Virus record (IMG/VR): IMGVR_UViG_3300049999_000312
Span: 1-25,525 of that record
Length of the DNA: 25,525 bases
Origin: a virus
Taxonomy: Duplodnaviria > Caudoviricetes
Reading direction: 5' to 3' (one strand)
The position numbers were made by a program, and so were the translations under genes. Shown here one piece after another: positions 18,702-25,525 of this stretch (positions within the stretch are counted from its first letter, which is position 1; each line of letters opens with the position of its first letter). Under the pieces are notes generated by a model, which made no database searches, was not told where the DNA came from, and was given only the letters and a program-made list of their open reading frames with translations.

Positions 18702-19031
18702 TTAGTTTTTACTTTTTCTATCTATTTCTGCATATATTTTACGCAGAGATTTCGTTCTATTGTCCAAACTCTCATATTTCGATCTTGTCGGATCTTGTTC
18801 TTTTTTCTTTTTTTTTCTTCTTTCCTTTTGATCTTCATATGATATAGAGGATCCACCCGATCCATAACCACCAGCACCAGGCGTATTCCAATCTCGGTCG
18901 AATACTGGATTATATCTATTTGCTTTTTTTTCTAACCGGCGTTTTTCTTCTCGGGCTTCTTTCTTTTTTGCAAATTCCATCATCAAACGTTTTTCATGTT
19001 TTTCAAATTCTTCTTTGCGTTTATTTCTCAT
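18702..19031 (-). CDS. Highly charged Lys/Arg-rich hypothetical protein
   Basis: 109-aa ORF filling the gap on the coding strand; basic helices flanking a GAGGYGSGG linker. Confidence 0.65.
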   Translation of the reverse strand: MRNKRKEEFEKHEKRLMMEFAKKKEAREEKRRLEKKANRYNPVFDRDWNTPGAGGYGSGGSSISYEDQKERRKKKKKEQDPTRSKYESLDNRTKSLRKIYAEIDRKSKN

Positions 19032-19038
19032 AATTAAG

Positions 19039-19338
19039 TTAATTTAATATAATTTTTTTCTCTGGTGTGAATATTAAACCATACATCTGAGAATATGATG
19101 CTTGCATCTGTTCAGACGGTTGACCTTTTGTCACTAACCATTCAGTCTTAAGGTCAAATGTTTCTGTTGCCGAATATGGCATCCACGGAGACAAACCCAT
19201 AGTTACTACACCATCATCACCCCTAGAAGTTGGAATGATAACTGCTGGATTTTCAATTACAATCAAACCGTCTACCTCAGATTTGATGTCACAAATAATA
19301 TCTTCACCGGATTTCAATCTTAAAATTTCAATACTCAT
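19039..19338 (-). CDS. Conserved T4-like hypothetical protein (Sm-like fold suspected)
   Basis: I.RLKSGEDII...IENP.....L.PWMPYS pattern usually found just upstream of gp43; start taken at MSIEIL (19338) rather than 19374. Confidence 0.7.
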   Translation of the reverse strand: MSIEILRLKSGEDIICDIKSEVDGLIVIENPAVIIPTSRGDDGVVTMGLSPWMPYSATETFDLKTEWLVTKGQPSEQMQASYSQMYGLIFTPEKKIILN

Positions 19339-19357
19339 TTCTTCACTCGCCTGTATG

Positions 19358-19747
19358 TTATGATGACTTCCCACCTAAATTATATTTGGGAACTAATTCC
19401 CAATTTTCTTTTTCTTTAAATGATATAATCTTTATTTGATTCATTGGTGCAAAATCATGAACAGGTGTTAGAATATCCATCAAACCCCATTCTGATAAAA
19501 GCCTTGCAATTGAATTCCTACGTGTTATATCATTATCACTTATATCTGTTTCCTTACCATCTAAAAGAAATAATTCTTTAAAATGTACAATGTAATATTT
19601 ACCTTGTTTATGGAGTATATGACAAGATTGGAATAATTTATTATCCCGTCTACTTGCAACTCCAATTCTAGTTAAGGTTTCTTTTATTTTAAGGAAATTA
19701 TCAGGTTCCTCAAACTTCACTTCTAAAAAATCATGATCAATGTCCAT
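19358..19747 (-). CDS. regA: RegA translational repressor
   Basis: DNFLKIKETLTRIGVA, LFQSCHILHKQGKYYIVHFKELFLLDG, WELVPKY. Confidence 0.96.
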   Translation of the reverse strand: MDIDHDFLEVKFEEPDNFLKIKETLTRIGVASRRDNKLFQSCHILHKQGKYYIVHFKELFLLDGKETDISDNDITRRNSIARLLSEWGLMDILTPVHDFAPMNQIKIISFKEKENWELVPKYNLGGKSS

Positions 19748-19777
19748 GCCTCAGTCCTTTGCTTCAATACAAATATG

Positions 19778-19785
19778 TATTTATA
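19778..19785 (-). promoter_or_regulatory. T4-type late promoter upstream of regA
   Basis: TATAAATA overlapping the gp62 stop. Confidence 0.55.
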
Positions 19786-20245
19786 ATTTTTGATTATATA
19801 GATCAATTATGTATTCTAACCGGTTTTCACCAATCAGATCTATAATTTCCTCTGCTCGTTTATCCGAATAATTATAATGATCCTTTATTGCATTGATTGC
19901 ATGTGTTTTTTCTTTTTTCTTGATATATGGTGCAAACCGTCTTTTCTTAGTTACCGAATGGCGCAGAAAATCATAATGCAATCTCTTTGACATATTACCA
20001 TACATATTAGTAAATTGAACTTCAAACAGACAATCAATAGATCCAGACAGAATTTTATTAATTACAAATGGGATATATCCAGATTCATTTTCTGGATCCA
20101 TTAAGTTCTTTTTAGTATAATTAATTGATTCTAACCAACCTTTCATTGGAATTTTTGTTCTTTTCCAATTAGATTCATCTGCATCATATTCAGATTGTTT
20201 ATCTTTTGCAATTTGAATATCATTTACAAATTCAATGATACTCAT
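19781..20245 (-). CDS. 62: Clamp loader small subunit (gp62)
   Basis: SIN..K, Y.PFVINK.LS, HYDFL...V.KKRRF, YNYS..RA; 44-62-regA synteny. Confidence 0.88.
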   Translation of the reverse strand: MSIIEFVNDIQIAKDKQSEYDADESNWKRTKIPMKGWLESINYTKKNLMDPENESGYIPFVINKILSGSIDCLFEVQFTNMYGNMSKRLHYDFLRHSVTKKRRFAPYIKKKEKTHAINAIKDHYNYSDKRAEEIIDLIGENRLEYIIDLYNQKL

Positions 20246-21177
20246 TTGAAATCACACTTCAACATTAATTCAGTAAGACATGCAAGTGTATTGATTTCCT
20301 GATCTGCAACAAAAGCAGACTTATATTGATATTCAGAAATAATAATTACCGCTTCTGGTATTGATGCAGATTGTAAAGAATCGTATAATGAATCATACAC
20401 TTGTCTAAAAACACCTGTTTGATTATCATTTTGATTCTGCACAACCCATTCCCTAACTTTAGAAAATTGTTTCTTACTCAATGACTCTACCAATGTCTCA
20501 ATAGATCCGGATTCATCCCCAAGAATACCAATATCAATTGATCCAGAAGTACCATATCTTTGAAGTTCATTCAACAGTCTTCGCATATCCGGATAATGTC
20601 GAATGATCATTTTCACCACAACCGCAGGTTCGAATTGGACTTTTTCCTCTGATAGGATAAAACAAACCCGTTCAAAAAACAAGGAAGACATTCGTTCCAT
20701 ATTTTTCTTTTTGATTGTGAAATCGATGACCGAACACCTAGAATGAATTGGTGGTAATAGTTTATTAGGAAAATTACATGTAAGAATAAACCGACATGTT
20801 TCATGAAATTCCTCAAATACTCCCCGTAATATCTTCTGGGCATCTGTGGTCATATTATCAGCCTCATCCAAAATCACAACCTTTTTTTCATTGGTTAATG
20901 ACATAGATGATGCATATTCACGAATTTTTAAACGAACAGTATCAATACCACGATCATCGGATGCATTAATTAAAACATAATCCATTCCCATTTCGGTACA
21001 AATTGCACGTGCAACTGTAGTTTTACCACAACCAGCATTACCTGTTAATATAAGATTTGGTAAACTTTTCTTTTCAATAAAATCAAAGAATGTTTTTTTG
21101 ATCTGAGGATCTAAAACTGCTTCATTGATAGATCTTGGTCTATACTTTTCTACCCAAAGTGATTCACTATTACTCAT
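20242..21177 (-). CDS. 44: Clamp loader large subunit (gp44)
   Basis: LWVEKYRP, GNAGCGKTT, INASD, ILDEAD, FILTCN, HSRC, D.RR..NELQ. Confidence 0.96.
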   Translation of the reverse strand: MSNSESLWVEKYRPRSINEAVLDPQIKKTFFDFIEKKSLPNLILTGNAGCGKTTVARAICTEMGMDYVLINASDDRGIDTVRLKIREYASSMSLTNEKKVVILDEADNMTTDAQKILRGVFEEFHETCRFILTCNFPNKLLPPIHSRCSVIDFTIKKKNMERMSSLFFERVCFILSEEKVQFEPAVVVKMIIRHYPDMRRLLNELQRYGTSGSIDIGILGDESGSIETLVESLSKKQFSKVREWVVQNQNDNQTGVFRQVYDSLYDSLQSASIPEAVIIISEYQYKSAFVADQEINTLACLTELMLKCDFK

Positions 21178-21192
21178 AATATATTTCCCAAA

Positions 21193-21528
21193 TTAATGTA
21201 AAATTCTGTCAGGTGATAAATCCCCAACTTCTCGCCCATCTTCATCCCCCATTGCAACATCCTCTTTTGATAAATCAGATATTGCAACCAGAGAATCGAA
21301 TAATATTTGTGAATCGATTCCCATTTTACCACATTCTGTGAATGATTTATGCATCAATGCAAACCAGATGGATGGACTATCATACCCGAACTCTTGAGCA
21401 TAATGTTCATCCATCTCATCAATCACATGACACAATCTAGAATCGATTGCACGCATTAATGTTATATAAATTTCCAATGCATCCGCATCAGATTCTTCTT
21501 CTATGTTATCAGGTTGTTTTTGTTCCAT
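21193..21528 (-). CDS. Acidic hypothetical protein inserted between gp45 and gp44
   Basis: 111-aa ORF overlapping the gp45 end; GGAGG SD upstream. Confidence 0.65.
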   Translation of the reverse strand: MEQKQPDNIEEESDADALEIYITLMRAIDSRLCHVIDEMDEHYAQEFGYDSPSIWFALMHKSFTECGKMGIDSQILFDSLVAISDLSKEDVAMGDEDGREVGDLSPDRILH

Positions 21529-22210
21529 GTGTTGAGTCCGCCTCCATTGCTATCCAGTACTCGACTGAATTTGACCCTTTAAAGTGTGCCACACCATTTT
21601 CAGAAAATGCAATTTCATAATCCATTGGTAACAGTTTTAAATTCTCTTTAAGAAAATAAAATTCAAAATCAATTGAACTATCTGCACCATCAATTGTTGT
21701 GAAATTTTCTGCACCTGATAGGCCTGTTTTATCAAAAACCCCAATCTCTACCGATTCCCCGTCACATCGAAATACAATATCTTCAACCCCTAATGTATTA
21801 GAAGTTGCAAGAATTGACTTAATTCTTGCAGCAGATAATGATAATGTTGCACATGGATCAGGAAGATCTAGATCTTTAATACCGGTTGATGTCAGAATCT
21901 CTTTACTAGCAAGATCCCATTTTGTCACTGATGGATTCCCCAACGAATCAAATCCACTCATCACGACTTTTTTTGGTTCAAATGAAATTTCTAATGAATT
22001 CTTAATAGTGCTCAATGCACCAAGAAATCCAGATAAATCATAAATTCCAAATTCTGGAAAGTCAACATCAACTTCTGCTTTGGATAAAATATTCTTTAAT
22101 ACAGAAATAGTTTGAAGAGTGTTTCCACCAGAACAATAAAAATTCGAATTGATAGTTGAAAAGTTTTTTAAAATTTCAATTGTTCTTCCGTCAAGTTTAA
22201 TTGTAGCCAT
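21509..22210 (-). CDS. 45: Sliding clamp (gp45)
   Basis: TIEILKNFSTIN, FGIYDL..FL, ENLKLLP.DY, YWIAME. Confidence 0.93.
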   Translation of the reverse strand: MATIKLDGRTIEILKNFSTINSNFYCSGGNTLQTISVLKNILSKAEVDVDFPEFGIYDLSGFLGALSTIKNSLEISFEPKKVVMSGFDSLGNPSVTKWDLASKEILTSTGIKDLDLPDPCATLSLSAARIKSILATSNTLGVEDIVFRCDGESVEIGVFDKTGLSGAENFTTIDGADSSIDFEFYFLKENLKLLPMDYEIAFSENGVAHFKGSNSVEYWIAMEADSTHGTKTT

Positions 22211-22252
22211 TATTTATTCACCTTTTAAATTATAATTAGATTCAAGATTGTT

Positions 22253-22281
22253 ATTATACACCAATCATGAATATATGTCAA
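22253..22281 (-). promoter_or_regulatory. Consensus sigma70 promoter for the gp45 operon
   Basis: TTGACA-17bp-TATAAT. Confidence 0.8.
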
Positions 22282-22282
22282 G

Positions 22283-22453
22283 TCACCTATAATCATCCCA
22301 ATCCGGATCATTCGAACATCTAGATTGATCAAAATTATATTCAATAACACTCTCACAAAAGGAATATCCAACATCATTATTCCTATATGAATAGTAACTA
22401 TGAACAACAATAAAAAAAAGTATAGACCATGTGACAATAGTGCCAATACCCAT
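22283..22453 (-). CDS. 56-aa membrane-anchored protein (MGIGTIVTWSILFFIVVHSYYSYRNNDVGYSFCESVIEYNFDQSRCSNDPDWDDYR)
   Basis: Perfect AGGAGG SD 8 nt before the ATG; N-terminal hydrophobic helix; different frame from the ORF-track 73-aa call. Confidence 0.75.
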   Translation of the reverse strand: MGIGTIVTWSILFFIVVHSYYSYRNNDVGYSFCESVIEYNFDQSRCSNDPDWDDYR

Positions 22454-22484
22454 ATATCAATCCTCCTATGAAAGTTTACATCTA

Positions 22485-22492
22485 TATTTATA
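22485..22492 (-). promoter_or_regulatory. T4-type late promoter
   Basis: TATAAATA ~30 nt upstream of the 56-aa ORF. Confidence 0.55.
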
Positions 22493-22562
22493 CTACATTC
22501 AACAATATTTCTGATGCATACACAATTGCAAATCCAACTATTACTATTTGAAGATTATACAT
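22488..22562 (-). CDS. Putative 24-aa hydrophobic micro-protein (MYNLQIVIVGFAIVYASEILLNVV)
   Basis: GGTG SD, ATG overlapping the upstream gene end, exactly fills the gap. Confidence 0.45.
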   Translation of the reverse strand: MYNLQIVIVGFAIVYASEILLNVV

Positions 22563-22914
22563 TTTTTTCACCATCACTATTAAAAAATTGTTTATCAATT
22601 TTAATTATTTCCAAATTGGCTTCATGATATTTCACAGTTCTACCATTGGTATTTTCGAACATAACCCTTAAGATGTAATTTTCATCTTCCAGTATTATAC
22701 CACGTTGACCATAAAAATCATCATTTTTACTTTTAGGTGTTGCCAATTGACCAACCTGACCCTCTATCAGAAACCTGCCAACACCAACAACCTCCATCCA
22801 CATTTCAAATTCATCATCATCATATACCTCATCGGGTTTATATTCTTCATATTCAGGTTCATAGGATTTCCATTCTAAAGATTTTAAAAATTTATTATAC
22901 ATATCTCTAATCAT
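22555..22914 (-). CDS. Hypothetical protein (possible SH3/KOW-like beta C-terminus)
   Basis: 119-aa ORF on the coding strand; acidic N-terminus. Confidence 0.65.
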   Translation of the reverse strand: MIRDMYNKFLKSLEWKSYEPEYEEYKPDEVYDDDEFEMWMEVVGVGRFLIEGQVGQLATPKSKNDDFYGQRGIILEDENYILRVMFENTNGRTVKYHEANLEIIKIDKQFFNSDGEKNV

Positions 22915-22967
22915 TTTTTATTTCCATTTTGGTTATTTCCATTTTAGTTGATTGGGATGTTAGTTTT

Positions 22968-24125
22968 TTATACTTCAGGGACATTGTCAGGTACAATAGA
23001 AGCATCGAACTTAGTATAAAGTTCCTTGAAAGTGTTTTTAGTTTCTTCATCAAAACGTGAAATTGCAAGATCAATTGATTTCATACGTTCTTCAAAAATT
23101 GCATAAGTTTGGACAATGTGACCTAAGCGACGTGTTGAAATAACATCATCGACACCATCATCATAATAAGTCTTACGAATACCATCTGCCCATGATACTA
23201 ATAACTTTGCAAATTCAACATCAACTTTACCAAATGCATTCATGTGGTTAATTAATATTTTTTCTTCAGTTGCAATTGTTGGGAATGGTTGTTCTATTGC
23301 AATCGTGAAACGTTCTAAGAATGCTTCATCAATGATGGTTGCAGCAGAGAATTTACCAGAATCAGAACCCTGACCCTTAGTATTTGCAGTTGCAATAACA
23401 TTAAATCCTTTTTTCGGATATACAATTTCTCCAGTTTTTTTGATTACAATGGGTTTACCCTCTAAAACACCTTGTAGTGCCATAATTTTATTAGAGCCAC
23501 GATCAATCTCATCGATTAATAAAATTGCACCTAATTCCATTGCCTTAACAACAGGGCCTTTCTCGAATACGGTATTGCCATCAACTAAACGGAACCCACC
23601 AATCAAATCATCTTGATCAGTTTCAGGGGAGATTTGAACACGAATAAATTCACGTTTTGCATTAGCTGCAGCTTGTTCAACCATCATGGTTTTACCATTA
23701 CCAGATAATCCAGTAATGAAAATAGGATAGAAAAAATCAGTCTTAAGAATCTTTAAAACATCTTTATATGCTCCCCACTTAACAAATAATGGATCTATCT
23801 CAGGGATATATGAAGTCTTATAAACATTACGAATTACTGGTTTTATTTCTACCACATTTTGAACTGTTGCAACCTTAACATTCGGTATTGTCGGTGGTTT
23901 GGAAAGTACACCTTGTACATTAAATTCATAAACATTATAAACCCCGTGGGATGCTTTGACCATTAAAGTAGTAATATCACCTACCATTTGCTCCCTACCT
24001 ACAATCTTAGACCATGTATCTTTGATTTCTTTTCTAGTAAACTGGGACTTGCCTGGAAAATCTTCTTCTAGACTTGCAATAATTTGATCATATTTACTTT
24101 GTAAAAAATTGGTAATTGGTTTCAT
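22968..24125 (-). CDS. CobS/MoxR-like AAA+ ATPase of T4-like phages
   Basis: GLSGNGKT Walker A, ETD.DDLIGGFRL, GPV, LLIDEID Walker B, ATANTKG.G, EAFLERF, ISTRRL. Confidence 0.92.
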   Translation of the reverse strand: MKPITNFLQSKYDQIIASLEEDFPGKSQFTRKEIKDTWSKIVGREQMVGDITTLMVKASHGVYNVYEFNVQGVLSKPPTIPNVKVATVQNVVEIKPVIRNVYKTSYIPEIDPLFVKWGAYKDVLKILKTDFFYPIFITGLSGNGKTMMVEQAAANAKREFIRVQISPETDQDDLIGGFRLVDGNTVFEKGPVVKAMELGAILLIDEIDRGSNKIMALQGVLEGKPIVIKKTGEIVYPKKGFNVIATANTKGQGSDSGKFSAATIIDEAFLERFTIAIEQPFPTIATEEKILINHMNAFGKVDVEFAKLLVSWADGIRKTYYDDGVDDVISTRRLGHIVQTYAIFEERMKSIDLAISRFDEETKNTFKELYTKFDASIVPDNVPEV

Positions 24126-24171
24126 AATTCTCTCTCTTTAATAATATAGTTAAATCTCAATTTGTACAGCT

Positions 24172-24200
24172 AGTATACCACACCTTTTACCTCATGTAAA
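24172..24200 (-). promoter_or_regulatory. sigma70-type early promoter for the AAA+ ATPase
   Basis: TTTACA-17bp-TATACT with TGG extension. Confidence 0.7.
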
Positions 24201-24491
24201 GGCTTTTCTCAATTTTATTTTTGTAATAAATTCATCATATTCACGTTTGATAGTATTTTTATAATTTGTTTCATAATTACTATAAGGGTAAATTGCAAAT
24301 GTTTCTGCATTTTCTTTATTACAGAATGATGGGTTTCTCTTATATGTCTTAGTAGATCTACCACGATATTTAATAGAAAATTCTCTGGTCATCATTAAAT
24401 TCTGAACTTCATCACACATTCTCAATGACATCGGAATACCCTTGAATACAGATCTCTCATTTTCAGGACTTAAATATTCATTCAATAACAT
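24192..24491 (-). CDS. Hypothetical early protein
   Basis: GAGG SD, own promoter; FKGIP...KYRG.S...C.K.NA..FAIY. Confidence 0.75.
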   Translation of the reverse strand: MLLNEYLSPENERSVFKGIPMSLRMCDEVQNLMMTREFSIKYRGRSTKTYKRNPSFCNKENAETFAIYPYSNYETNYKNTIKREYDEFITKIKLRKAFT

Positions 24492-24507
24492 AATTACCTC
24501 TCAAAGT

Positions 24508-24571
24508 TTTCGGTCAGAACCCCAACCCACAATAGATATTATACAGAAGTCGCATGACTATGTCAAGACTT
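24508..24571 (-). repeat. Promoter/stem-loop repeat, copy 1
   Basis: 64 bp, 5 mismatches to 24862-24925; contains TTGACA(24566-24561)-17-TATAAT(24543-24538) and hairpin GGTTGG-GGTT-CTGACC. Confidence 0.92.
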
Positions 24572-24842
24572 ATTTACTTTTATTTGCAGCAATCTTAGAT
24601 GCTCTCCATTCATCAGATCTTCTTCTTTGGTATTCTTTAGGAGAGTTTTTGTTGAAGTCTTGAAGGATCTTAAATGCTACATTGTAACTTCTTTTTGCAG
24701 ACATGAATTCAGGACTGAATTTAACTTCATCTGATAACAGTCCCCCTAAAACAGCAGGTTTGAACTCTTTCAAAGCAAGTGATGCAACATCAGCAGACTC
24801 ATTAACAACTTCATACATTGAAAACCATTTATTGTAATTCAT
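24570..24842 (-). CDS. Hypothetical early protein (90 aa, MNYNKWF...)
   Basis: ATG 24842 after an AGAGAGAGAG leader; the track's GTG at 24884 lies inside the repeat; GLL.D.VKFSPEF..AK..Y.VAF..LQ.FN. Confidence 0.75.
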   Translation of the reverse strand: MNYNKWFSMYEVVNESADVASLALKEFKPAVLGGLLSDEVKFSPEFMSAKRSYNVAFKILQDFNKNSPKEYQRRRSDEWRASKIAANKSK

Positions 24843-24861
24843 ATCTCTCTCTCTCTTATAA

Positions 24862-24925
24862 TTTCGGTTAGAACCCCAACCCACAATAGATATTATACAG
24901 AAGTTGCCATACTATGTCAAGACTT
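24862..24925 (-). repeat. Promoter/stem-loop repeat, copy 2
   Basis: TTGACA(24920-24915)-17-TATAAT(24897-24892) followed by hairpin GGTTGG-GGTT-CTAACC. Confidence 0.92.
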
Positions 24926-24930
24926 TATTT

Positions 24931-25407
24931 TCATTTTTTTTCAATAATATGATACTTTTCTTTAGCAACTTGGTATGCTTTTGCCGCATCTTCTTTTAAG
25001 TCAAATGAACCTAGATGCTTCTGCACACCATTAATCATTATGAATGCACCCCATTTTGACTGACGTTTATGCCAAGAATAACCTTTTGCAGAGGTATTAA
25101 ATGCATTCTCTTGATTAGTAACAACTCTCAAGTTTTCAATACGGTTATCAGTTTTTATACGATTTTCGTGGTCAATGAACTTATTTTTAGGAATGTCACC
25201 ATTATGCATAATCCAAATCAATCTATGTGCATATTGTTGTTTCCCATCAACCTTTAGTCTTCTATACCCATCTGTAGTTTTACCACCAGACTCCATGCCC
25301 ATCCTTGCCATTGAGGCCCTATTAGTTTTATTATACAACTTACCATCTCTGTATTCAAATAGTTCATGCAGTCTTTCTTGATCCGGATGTATTCCAATTT
25401 GACTCAT
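24931..25407 (-). CDS. HNH homing endonuclease with C-terminal AP2-like DNA-binding domain
   Basis: GY, AHRLIW.MHNG.IP, IDHENRIKTDNRIENLR...EN..N; KG.SW...KW.A.I..NG..KHLG.F....AA.AY; AGGAG SD. Confidence 0.9.
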   Translation of the reverse strand: MSQIGIHPDQERLHELFEYRDGKLYNKTNRASMARMGMESGGKTTDGYRRLKVDGKQQYAHRLIWIMHNGDIPKNKFIDHENRIKTDNRIENLRVVTNQENAFNTSAKGYSWHKRQSKWGAFIMINGVQKHLGSFDLKEDAAKAYQVAKEKYHIIEKK

Positions 25408-25417
25408 CACTTATCTC

Positions 25418-25525
25418 CTATTCTGCAATCACCTGATTAATACCACTCCAATTTTTAACACGGACTGCATCTCCATCATAATCTGCATTGTGATCGTGTG
25501 CCATTAAAATTCCGGTCAATCCCAT
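25418..25525 (-). CDS. 3' end of an upstream gene, probably a HAD-like nucleotidase (T4 30.2-like)
   Basis: ...MGLTGILMAHDHNADYDGDAVRVKNWSGINQVIAE*; GL..ILM.H.HN...RV.NW..I is typical of HAD/5'(3')-nucleotidase C-termini. Confidence 0.55.
   Translation of the reverse strand: MGLTGILMAHDHNADYDGDAVRVKNWSGINQVIAE

Noticed and set aside
2817-20843. Nested minus-strand alternative-frame ORFs (2817-3077, 5817-6032, 10910-11128, 15291-15518, 20613-20843)
   Set aside because: Fully inside conserved genes, with no motifs or other support
22225-22446. 73-aa hydrophobic ORF from the track
   Set aside because: TTG start poorly spaced from the SD and it runs over the gp45 promoter; the 22283-22453 frame has AGGAGG plus ATG
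22918-22945. Short tandem AAAATGGAAATAA duplication upstream of the 119-aa ORF
   Set aside because: Two 13-bp AT-rich copies, most simply a local slippage duplication of the RBS region
24843-24884. GTG start giving MGWGSNRNYKRERD
   Set aside because: Lies within the promoter-leader repeat; ATG 24842 is more plausible
24508-24925. CRISPR array or IS terminal repeats
   Set aside because: Only two 64-bp direct copies separated by a gene; they are promoters; no cas gene or transposase
2011-25381. All plus-strand ORFs in the track
   Set aside because: They are antisense shadows of well-supported minus-strand genes, with no recognisable motifs
1-25525. Apparent abundance of GATC and TGCA tetramers
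   Set aside because: Cannot be quantified by eye and may just reflect GAT/GCA codon preference; needs a codon-aware Markov test
1-25525. tRNA or other structured RNA genes and strong intrinsic terminators
   Set aside because: Intergenic gaps are short and promoter-filled; no cloverleaf or GC stem with U-tract was recognised

Overview
AT-rich fragment of a T4-like (myovirus) dsDNA phage genome; every credible gene is on the minus strand. Reading right to left: a partial HAD-like gene, an HNH endonuclease, two small early ORFs each behind a copy of a 64-bp sigma70-promoter/stem-loop repeat, a CobS/MoxR-like AAA+ ATPase, then the T4 replication core (gp45, gp44, gp62, regA, gp43, uvsX, gp41). 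Next comes an island under TATAAATA late promoters (ligase-fold nucleotidyltransferase with an internal-head-protein-like N-terminus, HIGH-type nucleotidyltransferase, virion-like proteins, XhlA-like and 3TM-holin-like membrane proteins), followed by gp61 primase, RNase H, PhoH, gp33 and gp59. The window ends in an unusual class I ribonucleotide reductase locus: nrdA, a full radical SAM/SPASM enzyme, then a glutaredoxin-nrdB fusion. Several short ORFs missed by the ORF track and many near-consensus promoters can be read directly. Family assignments come from motif recognition and synteny, not database searches.
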